Counted from the stretch's first letter, positions 38,160 through 46,057 are shown. The stretch is DNA of 64,000 nucleotides from a virus (IMGVR_UViG_2675903060_000003:33178-97177), one strand, 5' to 3'. A program made the numbers and translations. The notes: generated by a model from the sequence alone, not told the origin.

Positions 38160-38564
38160 TTAGAAGGGAGGCGCATCAGGCGCGCCGCCGTTCGCCCACG
38201 GGTCGTCACCGCCGCCGGTCGACCGCTCGGCAGCCTTCGCCGGCCAGCGCAGGTTCGGGCCGGCCGCCTCGACCCGCACCTCGATGCGGGACTGCTTGAC
38301 ACCGTCCTTCTCCCAGTTCGACTGGAACGCCTGCCCGGACACCACCACCGCGGCGCCCTTGCGAAGGTTCTCGGTGATGTGCTCGGCGAGCTGCTCCCAC
38401 GCCGTGCACGTCCAGAACGTGGTGTCAGCGTCTTCCCACTGGTCGCCGTTCTTGCGGCGGCGGGACGTGACGACGGTGAAGCGGGCAATCGCCTTGCCCT
38501 GCTGGGTGAACTTCAGCTCGGGATCGCCGGCCATGCGGCCGGTGAGGGTGATGGGTGCGGACAT
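38160..38564 (-). CDS. ssb: Single-stranded DNA-binding protein
   Basis: ITLTGRMAGDPELKFT...CTAWEQLAE...C-terminal DDPW...PPF. Confidence 0.95.
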   Translation of the reverse strand: MSAPITLTGRMAGDPELKFTQQGKAIARFTVVTSRRRKNGDQWEDADTTFWTCTAWEQLAEHITENLRKGAAVVVSGQAFQSNWEKDGVKQSRIEVRVEAAGPNLRWPAKAAERSTGGGDDPWANGGAPDAPPF

Positions 38565-38566
38565 GT

Positions 38567-40174
38567 CTAGGCGCTCCTTCGCGCGTTGGACTCCCAGCCA
38601 GGTGCCGGGATGAAGTCGGGGGCGATCTGCCAGGGCCAGCTACCTTCGCCGCCGTAGGTGAGGCGGGTGGGCCAGTCGCGGTCGTCTCGGGCGCCGCGCC
38701 ATGCCTTCACGGCGACGGTGCGGCAGCGCTCGCCATCGCGCATGTCGGGATCGTCGGGTGCGATGCCGAACCCGAACTCCGGCCAGCGCAGCAGCAGGCT
38801 GGAGCCGACGGGGCGTACGGAGCGGTTCTTGCCTTGCTCGCCCTGCCCCCCGTGGCCGGCATGTGCCTCGATGACCATGGCGCAGTCGCCCAGGACTCGG
38901 GCCTGGTCGAGGACGGCCACGGTCTTGCGGGCGGCGTCTTCGTCGTTGATGTTGCCTGCGTGCAGACGGTAGAAGGGGCCGATGAACAGCAGGTCGGGCT
39001 TGTGGGCGGTAACCCGCTCAAGCAGCCAGGCGGCGTCGTCGGCTCGAAGAACGTCGATGCCTGCTGGCCGATGGATGAGCCGCAGGGCGCCATCCGGAAC
39101 GCGGTGGCCGAATTTGATGGAGCAGGCGGCGAGTGGGCGAAACTTACGGCGGGACTGCTGCTCGGAGTTCTCGCAGTCGATCAGCAGAACCCGCATAGGC
39201 GGGATGTCGGTCCACTTGAACGGGTGCAGGCCCGCAGCGACCATGACCGCCATCTGGCGAATCGCCATGGACTTGCCCAGGCCCTCGAACCCGGTCCACA
39301 CCAGCCGATCGCCACGCTCAAGCAGGTTGGGAACGACCCAGTCGTAGTCGGTGTCGTCGACTGAGATGAACTCCCACAGGTCCGGCGCAAGGTCGGGCTT
39401 GGACTCTTCCTCGCTCGTCCAGATCGGCACCAGATCTGGAAGCTTCTTGCCAGCAGCGAAGTGGTCAGTGGCGTCCTTGCCTACCGCGGGCTCCACGAGG
39501 CGGATTGACGAGGCGACACCAAGGAGCGCATCACGGACCTGACGGGCGTGCGCTTCGCCGGCATCGTCACGGTCGCAGATGATCGTGACATCAGCCTCGC
39601 GGAAGACCTCGGTGTACTCCGGTCGCCACTTGCCGGCGCCGCCGGGGTTGCAGGTGGCCACGAGACCCTGTTTCTCCAGCGTGTGGACATCTTTCTCGCC
39701 CTCGGTGATGAAGATGACGTGGCCATCGCGGATGCCCTCGATGACCTTCGGCAGCCGGTAGAGCGGGCGCCGGGTGTCGCCGAGTCTCCAACTCCATCCC
39801 TTGGGGCGTGACGGGTCCGGCACGCGGCACGGGAACTGCTTGTCGGCGGTGCGCATCACCTGGAACAGCAGCTTGCCGTCCTCGTCGACGTAGTCGTAGA
39901 CGGCGACCGCCGGTCCGCGCGGAGTCCACTCGGCGTGCTGGTCGCGTTGCTCTCGCGGCTTGCACAGGTCGGGCCACGACAGGCCGAGCGCGGCGAGGAT
40001 GTCCTCCGTCTCGCACATCGCGTGGCAGTGGAAGACCACAGGCTGCTCTTTGCCGCGGGTGACGGACAGGCTCTGCTTGTTGTCCGGGTGGGCGGGACAC
40101 AGCGCCATGTAGCCCCCAGGCTGGGCGCGGACGCCTTCGAGCCGAGGGAGAACGAGGTCGTTGAGGATGTCCAT
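38567..40174 (-). CDS. DNA primase-helicase (Zn finger, TOPRIM and RecA-like AAA domains)
   Basis: CPAHPD...CHAMC, ITEGEKD, DRDDAG, GKDATD, Walker A GFEGLGKS, LLIDCEN. Confidence 0.92.
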   Translation of the reverse strand: MDILNDLVLPRLEGVRAQPGGYMALCPAHPDNKQSLSVTRGKEQPVVFHCHAMCETEDILAALGLSWPDLCKPREQRDQHAEWTPRGPAVAVYDYVDEDGKLLFQVMRTADKQFPCRVPDPSRPKGWSWRLGDTRRPLYRLPKVIEGIRDGHVIFITEGEKDVHTLEKQGLVATCNPGGAGKWRPEYTEVFREADVTIICDRDDAGEAHARQVRDALLGVASSIRLVEPAVGKDATDHFAAGKKLPDLVPIWTSEEESKPDLAPDLWEFISVDDTDYDWVVPNLLERGDRLVWTGFEGLGKSMAIRQMAVMVAAGLHPFKWTDIPPMRVLLIDCENSEQQSRRKFRPLAACSIKFGHRVPDGALRLIHRPAGIDVLRADDAAWLLERVTAHKPDLLFIGPFYRLHAGNINDEDAARKTVAVLDQARVLGDCAMVIEAHAGHGGQGEQGKNRSVRPVGSSLLLRWPEFGFGIAPDDPDMRDGERCRTVAVKAWRGARDDRDWPTRLTYGGEGSWPWQIAPDFIPAPGWESNARRSA

Positions 40175-41196
40175 TAGTTGTTCCAGAATTCGTTGGCGAC
40201 GGGTCTGCGGGTGGGTCGTTGCTCCTTGTAGCGCCGGCCATTGAGCCAGCCCTGAGCCCATTTGGTGCGGTCTGGGTTGCGGCGGGGGTCGTCGCGGAAC
40301 CATGCCGCGGCTTGGATGATCAGTTCGGGGTTGTCACCGCGGGCTACGGCTGCCTGCCATGCCTTGAAGGCGTCGAACTTGCCGCCTTTCTCGGGGTAGA
40401 TTTCCCAGAAGCGGACGAAGTCAGGGTCGGATTCGTAGTCCTCGGCATTCGAGCGCCGCTTGCGGCGCTTTCCCCCTGGGGGGGTAGGGGGGGTCTTTTC
40501 TTTTGTCTCTGTCTCTGTCTCTGTCTCTGGCGATCGCTCCCGACTCGCTCCAGCGATCGGTGTGCGACGTGCATTGTGGTCGTGCAGGTCAGAGTCCATT
40601 CCGGGGATCGGCTCGAAGTGGGAGCCGTTGACTGATGGCGCGCCCTCTTCCGCCTCAACCGCCCCTTCCCCGGTCCTTCGGGCCCCGTTTGAGGAGGGAG
40701 ACGATTCGGTGTGCGACTCGCCCACCCGATCGGTAACCGAGTCGGAGGTGCGATCGGTGGAGCGATCCATGCCGGACCGGCAGTGGATGCATGCCTCGTT
40801 GAACTGCCCCTTCTTCTGGTGCCACCGGATGTGGTTCCCCAAGGTCCCGCCAGCGGCCTTGTCCTCGGCAAGCCGAAGCACCTCAGCTCTCGTGCGGTTC
40901 CGCTTCCCGTAGGCGCACACCAGAAAGCCGCCTTCGACCCGTTCCAGCAGACGGGCCTGCACCAGCCGCTCAGCGTCGCGCAGCCCGTTGTCCCACGTGT
41001 CGGGGTAGACGAGGATGCCGACCTCTTCCTCCGGCACGAAACCGTCCGACAGGTTGCGCTTGCAGTACAGAGCCATCTGCACGTACAGATCCCGCAGGCC
41101 GCGTACGTCGGGGCCGTATCGAAGCAGGCTGCGCACCTTCGGGTCCTCGGCGAAGTTGACGACCAGTTCGATGTAAATCTCCGCCGCGGCAGCCAT
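40174..41196 (-). CDS. Phage replication initiator-like protein
   Basis: N-terminal helical domain, low-complexity linker (PETETETETKEK), C-terminal FVRFWEIYPEK...KAW...WLNGRRY. Confidence 0.8.
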   Translation of the reverse strand: MAAAAEIYIELVVNFAEDPKVRSLLRYGPDVRGLRDLYVQMALYCKRNLSDGFVPEEEVGILVYPDTWDNGLRDAERLVQARLLERVEGGFLVCAYGKRNRTRAEVLRLAEDKAAGGTLGNHIRWHQKKGQFNEACIHCRSGMDRSTDRTSDSVTDRVGESHTESSPSSNGARRTGEGAVEAEEGAPSVNGSHFEPIPGMDSDLHDHNARRTPIAGASRERSPETETETETKEKTPPTPPGGKRRKRRSNAEDYESDPDFVRFWEIYPEKGGKFDAFKAWQAAVARGDNPELIIQAAAWFRDDPRRNPDRTKWAQGWLNGRRYKEQRPTRRPVANEFWNN

Positions 41197-41813
41197 CAGG
41201 CAGACCTCCTACGGGCCGCAGGCCGCGGGGCTCTGGCGAACGACAGGCGGCCGAACTCGCCGAATTGCTCCTTGACGTAATCCCGGCCGGCGTTCCCCGT
41301 CTTGCGCGTCATGTTGCGCTGATGGGCGACAGCAGCAACCGCGGAGATGTACTGCCGATTGTGGATCAGACCGTCCTCGGTCCCGCAATGCCGACAGAAC
41401 CGCCCGTCGAGGCGGGTCTGCGTGAAGCACCACTCTTCACAGACCTCGCACTGGCCGATCGCGATGCGATAGTCGCCGGCCACCGCATGCCAGTTGGCAG
41501 ATCGACCCGGCTCGCCTGCGGCCCTGAGGATGACGACAAGCTCGCCGCCAGGCTCGTCGGGTGCCGCGACAGCCTTATGGAACTGGCGCGTCTTGTGCAG
41601 TCGCTGATTGTGGCCCCCCTTCACCTCGCACCAGACGTTCTGGCCGGGAAGCCGAAAGTCTGCGAGGTAGCGGACGCCACCGCCGAGGTCGACGGCCCAT
41701 GGCTCGTACTCGTAGTACCAGCCGAGCGTGTCGAACGTGGCTGCCCAATCCGCTTCGAGTGTTGAGCGGTAGGTGGTCCCGTTGTAGGTCAACGGGACAG
41801 CGCGGATGTTCAA
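41196..41813 (-). CDS. PD-(D/E)XK nuclease-family protein
   Basis: YRSTLEADWA..FD.LGW..EYEP...YLADF...EVKG. Confidence 0.85.
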   Translation of the reverse strand: MNIRAVPLTYNGTTYRSTLEADWAATFDTLGWYYEYEPWAVDLGGGVRYLADFRLPGQNVWCEVKGGHNQRLHKTRQFHKAVAAPDEPGGELVVILRAAGEPGRSANWHAVAGDYRIAIGQCEVCEEWCFTQTRLDGRFCRHCGTEDGLIHNRQYISAVAAVAHQRNMTRKTGNAGRDYVKEQFGEFGRLSFARAPRPAARRRSA

Positions 41814-41859
41814 GGTGCGGGAGGACCTTCCGTGCTGGTGGTGCCAGTGGGACAGGTGG

Positions 41860-41975
41860 ACCTATGTCTCATAATACGCACTCAGTACGTGTTAAGAGAG
41901 CCAGTTATGAGGACACGCAAAAGATGCGTGTTTTATCATCAGGTTGTGGTAACGCGCACATGAGACGCTGAAGGA
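41860..41975. promoter_or_regulatory. AT-richer divergent control region
   Basis: Between divergent genes; repeated CTCATAA/TTATGAG/CATGAG and ACGCA/TGCGT elements. Confidence 0.55.
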
Positions 41976-42212
41976 GTGGAGCCCGAGATGACCGCTGAAC
42001 TGGTAGAAGCCGCGACCGCCTACAACGAAGCGCCGAAGCGGCTGCGCGACGCGATCGTGAAGGCTGCCGAGACCAGCGACGCGACCGCCACGGAGATCGC
42101 CCAGGCGATCAACTTCACGTACTCCGTGGACTACGTGGCGAAGATCGTGCGCGAGGCCGGCGTTGCCCGCCCCCGCGGCCGGCGTCCTCGCGCGCCGCGC
42201 TCCGACTCCTGA
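41976..42212 (+). CDS. Small HTH regulator
   Basis: LRDAIVKAA...TATEIAQAINFTYSVDYVAKIVREAG; GGAG RBS, probable start at MTAEL. Confidence 0.8.
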   Translation: MEPEMTAELVEAATAYNEAPKRLRDAIVKAAETSDATATEIAQAINFTYSVDYVAKIVREAGVARPRGRRPRAPRSDS

Positions 42213-42313
42213 TCTGGTTTGGCGGGTACCGGAAGAGGTCATGACGCCTCCCCCGGCCTGCGTGGTCGCCATTCCTGGTGCCATCTGTGCCCGCCTCCTT
42301 TCGCGTGTTCCGA

Positions 42314-42346
42314 GGGCCGCCCGCCCTGTAGCGGGCGGCCCGTTTT
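42314..42346 (+). terminator. Intrinsic terminator-like hairpin
   Basis: GGGCCGCCCGC-cctgta-GCGGGCGGCCC followed by GTTTT. Confidence 0.7.
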
Positions 42347-42399
42347 CGTGTGGTGACCAGCTCAGGTGTCAGCTGAAGGCATGGTCATGAAGCTGGTCC

Positions 42400-42840
42400 G
42401 TCGCCAGTGGCGCGGAGAGCCCTGTGGCACGGCTCGGCATGTCGGCCGGTTCGGGTCGGGCCCGGATTGTCGGGTCGGCCTGGCGAGAACGTGTCGTGTC
42501 CGGGGCTGTCGGCCAGGAGCGGGTGGGCGTGGCATGTCGTCGAGGACTGTCGCCGGGTAGGCGAGGTGTGTCGGCGCGGAGCGGCTGGGCCGGCGTGGAC
42601 AAGTCGGCCGGGGGTAGCGCATGGGCCGGCGTGGGTAGTCGCGTTGCCGTGGGAAGGCTCGGCTCGTCGGCGTGGCGAGGGATGGAAGGGTCTGGCATGT
42701 CGGTGTGATTTGGCGGGAACGAGACGGGGCTGGGCTTGTCGGCGCGGCGGGAGTGTGAGCAAGGCGTGGAGTGTCGGCCTGGACGGGGCGGTGCTGGTTT
42801 GTCGCGCAGGGGTGGCTAGCCGTATCGGTCACGGCGTCGC
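42400..42840. repeat. Non-CRISPR array: 13 GTCG-delimited units of 28-41 bp, each built from (GGN-NN) pentamers; candidate guide-RNA array
   Basis: GTCG at 42400, 42441, 42469, 42508, 42536, 42570, 42603, 42638, 42666, 42699, 42738, 42773, 42801 and 42836; e.g. GTC GGC-GT GGC-GA GGG-AT GGA-AG GGT-CT GGC-AT GTC. Confidence 0.88.
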
Positions 42841-42855
42841 AGAAGAGGGCGTCCA

Positions 42856-43593
42856 TCAGATCCGCTCCCAGGCCAGCAGCTCGAACTTGCCGTCCGACCG
42901 GCCGCGGTCGGCGCCGACGCCGATGTCCTCGCCGCGCTCCCAGATGCGCCCCCAGGCTTGCGGGGTGAGGAAGTCGTCGTGGACCTTCAGCTCGAACTCC
43001 AGGACCGGCGACTGGACGTACTCGACGCGGTTGATCGACGAGCGGGGCCCCTGCGGGGTCATGACGTGCTTGATGCGCTCCTCAACGCCGGTGGGCTCCT
43101 TCACACCGAGCCCGATGTACACGTCGGGGACGAACACCCGCTCCGACAGGGTCGCCATCAGCCCCTTCCGGAAGCCCTTCGGCAGCGGCCGGCCCACGTC
43201 GCTTCCGGTGGCGGTCTTGCCGTCCCAGTCGACGCCGGGGTAGGCCGAGTTCGCCCACTCCTTCAGCGCCGCCTTCATGCACCGGCCCTCGTAGGCGAGC
43301 TCGCCCGTGTCGGGGACGCGTTTGAACCCGTTGATCGACGGGGCGGCGTCGGACTCCATGAGCGCGTCGGCGAGCTCGTCCGCGGACGGCTGACGGTCCG
43401 GGAACCGCTCCGTGAGGGTCTTCTGCACGAGCTCTTGCAGGTGCCGGTCGCCGATGTCCATGCGGGTCTTCAGCCAGCCCTTGATGACGGACGGCGACGA
43501 CGGAACCCCTCCCACGATCTTGTCGAGGATCTGCAGCCGGACCCGGTAGCAGGCCACGCTGGAGGAGGTGCCGAAGATGTCGACGGCGCCCAT
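42856..43593 (-). CDS. Stand-alone Cas7/RAMP-superfamily-like protein (245 aa)
   Basis: N-terminal strand YRVRLQILDKIVGG, AYEGRCMKAALKE helix, beta-hairpin EERIKHV...RSSINRVEYV, LEFELKV strand and C-terminal Gly-rich loop GVGADRGRSDGKFEL. Confidence 0.8.
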   Translation of the reverse strand: MGAVDIFGTSSSVACYRVRLQILDKIVGGVPSSPSVIKGWLKTRMDIGDRHLQELVQKTLTERFPDRQPSADELADALMESDAAPSINGFKRVPDTGELAYEGRCMKAALKEWANSAYPGVDWDGKTATGSDVGRPLPKGFRKGLMATLSERVFVPDVYIGLGVKEPTGVEERIKHVMTPQGPRSSINRVEYVQSPVLEFELKVHDDFLTPQAWGRIWERGEDIGVGADRGRSDGKFELLAWERI

Positions 43594-44003
43594 CAGCCGG
43601 CCGCCTTCCGGTCCGCGGGGACAGCGGTCAGGCTCGGGCGTGCGGTGGCCCGTTCCAGCGCCGCCTCGGCGTTCTTGCGCTTGTGCTTCTCCTCGTCGAC
43701 CTTCGCTTGGAGGCTGGCCACGTAGTCGGCGACGGACGGCGGCAGCTCGATCGGCTCGGCCAGTTCGGCGCGGGTCTGCCGCAGCGCCCGCTTGGCCTGC
43801 CCGTAGCGGACCACGACCGACTGGACCTGCGTCGCCCCTTCGAGGGCGCGGAACAGGTCGAACAGCTCGCGCGGCGTCTTGCCGTCGAGGGTTTGCCCGG
43901 TGATCGCCTCGATGTCTGCGCGGACGCCGGGGTCGTGCTGGATCAGCGCCACGACGGCGTCGAACTCGTCCGGGCTGTAGTCCTGGGGGTTGCGTGCTCT
44001 CAT
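43593..44003 (-). CDS. Helical / coiled-coil protein (136 aa), TGATG-coupled to the RAMP-like gene
   Basis: GAGG RBS; stop overlaps the RAMP start. Confidence 0.8.
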   Translation of the reverse strand: MRARNPQDYSPDEFDAVVALIQHDPGVRADIEAITGQTLDGKTPRELFDLFRALEGATQVQSVVVRYGQAKRALRQTRAELAEPIELPPSVADYVASLQAKVDEEKHKRKNAEAALERATARPSLTAVPADRKAAG

Positions 44004-44030
44004 CGTTGAAGTCCTCGGGGTGCGTGGTGG

Positions 44031-44306
44031 TCAGGTTGCGGAAGCAGCGGCGCGGCTTGCGGCACGCTGGCGGCGGCGTTTGATGGCGTCGCGCTCGGCG
44101 TCGGTGGTTCCGCCCCACACACCGACCACGCCATTCGCCAGCGCCCACTCCTTGCAAGAACTGATGACGCGGCAGCCGCCGCAGACCTTCTTGGCCTTCT
44201 CGATCTGCAGAAGGGCGGCACCGGTGTTGCCGATCGGGAAGAACATCTCGGGGTCGATGGAGCGGCAGGCGGCGCGGCGGCGCCAGCCCGATCCAGGGCT
44301 AGTCAT
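44031..44306 (-). CDS. WhiB-family Fe-S transcription factor (WhiB1/WblE-like)
   Basis: WRRRAAC...DPEMFFPIGNTGAALLQIEKAKKVCGGC...C...GVWGG. Confidence 0.95.
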   Translation of the reverse strand: MTSPGSGWRRRAACRSIDPEMFFPIGNTGAALLQIEKAKKVCGGCRVISSCKEWALANGVVGVWGGTTDAERDAIKRRRQRAASRAAASAT

Positions 44307-44637
44307 GGGATGTCGTCTCCGTTTCGTCGTTTCGGGTGGGGTCTCCAAGGGAGAGCGCTGCCGCTACCGCCTTGTAGGCGACCGCGGCCACCAGGCTCGG
44401 GTGGTCGTGGACGACGCCGCCCCTCGTGTGGCAGCGCTGGGCGAGTGCGTACGCGAGCGGATCGGACAGCGTCGGGTTCGCGCGGAGTTCGCCGGCGCGA
44501 GCCTCGAAGTAGGCCGCGGCGTCCACGCAGGCGCGGTCACGGGCATGCTGCTCGTGGAGCTTGAACTCGCCGCGTACGATCGCCTCGATGTCCACCACAG
44601 GGACCGGCAGCGTGACCGACGTCGGTTCAGGACGCAT
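44299..44637 (-). CDS. Hypothetical protein
   Basis: GGAGG RBS; overlaps its neighbours. Confidence 0.65.
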   Translation of the reverse strand: MRPEPTSVTLPVPVVDIEAIVRGEFKLHEQHARDRACVDAAAYFEARAGELRANPTLSDPLAYALAQRCHTRGGVVHDHPSLVAAVAYKAVAAALSLGDPTRNDETETTSHD

Positions 44638-45457
44638 CGGCCGCCTCCTCGTCGAACAGGGACGGGGTGACGTTCGGGAACGGGCGGTTCGACCACAGGA
44701 CCTCGGTGCGGGCCGACCACTTCTGCGCCTGCCCGGTTGCCGTCGGGATCTCCACCCGGTGCCAGCTGCCATACAGGTCGTCGTACAGCGGTGAGTCGTA
44801 GCCAGACAGCACCACCGCGGCGTCGCAGTCGAGCAGCGCTTTGGCGAGTTCAACGTGCTGGTCCTCGCGCGGCATCTCGTGCAGGTAGTTGACGCTCGTC
44901 CTCGTCGATGCGAGGTAAGGCGGATCGACGTACAGGCAGACCTCGCGGTGCTTGCCGTAGGAGGCGATCACGTCCAGGGCGGGGCGGCACTCCAGCGAGA
45001 CCGCGGCCAGCCGCTGAGCCGCGGCCGCGATCCGGGTCACGTACGCGGCGAGGTAGTCGGGCATCCCGGTGGAACCGACCGGTCGGACATAGTGCCGCCA
45101 GCCCGTGTTGCGCAGGGTGCCGCCGCGGCCCTGGGTGAGCCTCACCCACACGCGGCGGGCCTGCTCCAGCTCGTCGGCGGCGGGCTCGTACGCGGCCGTG
45201 TGCTCGGCGCGGGAGTGTGGCGTCAGCGCGCACACCCGCTCTAGGTCCGCGGGCCGGTCTCGGAGAATCCTCCAGAACGCCATCAAGTCCTGGTCCAGGT
45301 CATTGACCGTCTCCATCCGGGACGGCGTCTTGGCCAGCAGCACCGCGAGTGACCCGGCGAACGGCTCCACGTAGTGCTCGTGGGTGGGCAGCAGGCGCAC
45401 GATCTTCTCGGCGAGAGTCGTCTTACCGCCGTAGTACGTGAGTGGGGGCTTAGGCAT
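44627..45457 (-). CDS. DNA adenine methyltransferase (Dam/D12 class)
   Basis: YYGGK, EPFAGS, VNDLD, YVDPPY, VLSGY, EVLWSN. Confidence 0.95.
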   Translation of the reverse strand: MPKPPLTYYGGKTTLAEKIVRLLPTHEHYVEPFAGSLAVLLAKTPSRMETVNDLDQDLMAFWRILRDRPADLERVCALTPHSRAEHTAAYEPAADELEQARRVWVRLTQGRGGTLRNTGWRHYVRPVGSTGMPDYLAAYVTRIAAAAQRLAAVSLECRPALDVIASYGKHREVCLYVDPPYLASTRTSVNYLHEMPREDQHVELAKALLDCDAAVVLSGYDSPLYDDLYGSWHRVEIPTATGQAQKWSARTEVLWSNRPFPNVTPSLFDEEAADAS

Positions 45458-45619
45458 CGGCCGCCCCCTTAGGGGTGACCGGCGCGGCGGTCTTGGGGTC
45501 GGGCAGGTCGAACAGGACCTCGTCTTGCGGGTCCTCGGCTCGGGCGTCGCACACCCGGTAGTGGTCGGCAGGGGTGGAGCCGTCGAGGGCGGCCTGCTGG
45601 CAGCACGGGAGGAGGCTGG

Positions 45620-45934
45620 TCATGCCGTCACCCGCTCGCGCAGGACTCGCTCGTAGCGCCCCGCCGTCCGCCAGGTGACGCCGATCCGGGCGGCAGCCTG
45701 GTCGCGAGGCTCACCCCAGGACCGCAACTCCCTGTAGTCCTCGCGTCTGGCCGCAGCGTTGGCGCGGACAGACGCGATGGCGAGTTGCCGGGCGTCCTCG
45801 CGAGACATCGGCGGAGGAGGCCCCTCCGCGGGGCGCCCGGCCCGCTTCCACCGCTGGTAGCAGGCAGAGCACCAGCCACGCACCGCCTTGCCGTCATTGA
45901 TCGCCTGCTGGCAGCAGGTCCGGAGGTCATTCAC
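45620..45934 (-). CDS. Zn-finger plus HTH protein
   Basis: RGWCSACYQRW and QAAARIGVTWRTAGRY. Confidence 0.75.
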   Translation of the reverse strand: MNDLRTCCQQAINDGKAVRGWCSACYQRWKRAGRPAEGPPPPMSREDARQLAIASVRANAAARREDYRELRSWGEPRDQAAARIGVTWRTAGRYERVLRERVTA

Positions 45935-46057
45935 CGTCGCCCTCCTCGACGTCGTGAAGGTCCACGGGCAGCAGGGCGTCCACGCGGGCGCAGGCTCGGG
46001 CGGTCTTCTCGGCCACCCAGGCGAGCCCGTACACGTACAGGCGGGCAGCGAAGGAGA

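Noticed and set aside
42400-42840. Calling the array a CRISPR array
   Set aside because: There are no identical 23-47-bp direct repeats separated by unique spacers; conservation is interleaved at a 5-nt period, and no cas1/cas2/cas6 is present
42362-42856. 164-aa ORF spanning the array (TGATG-coupled to the RAMP-like gene) and other ORFs over it
   Set aside because: The Pro/Arg/Thr-rich translation is what C-rich period-5 DNA produces, and stop codons are rare at this GC. Treated as probably spurious, although translation is not excluded
44627-45457. Restriction-modification system around the adenine methylase
   Set aside because: No adjacent endonuclease; orphan Dam-type methylases are common in phages
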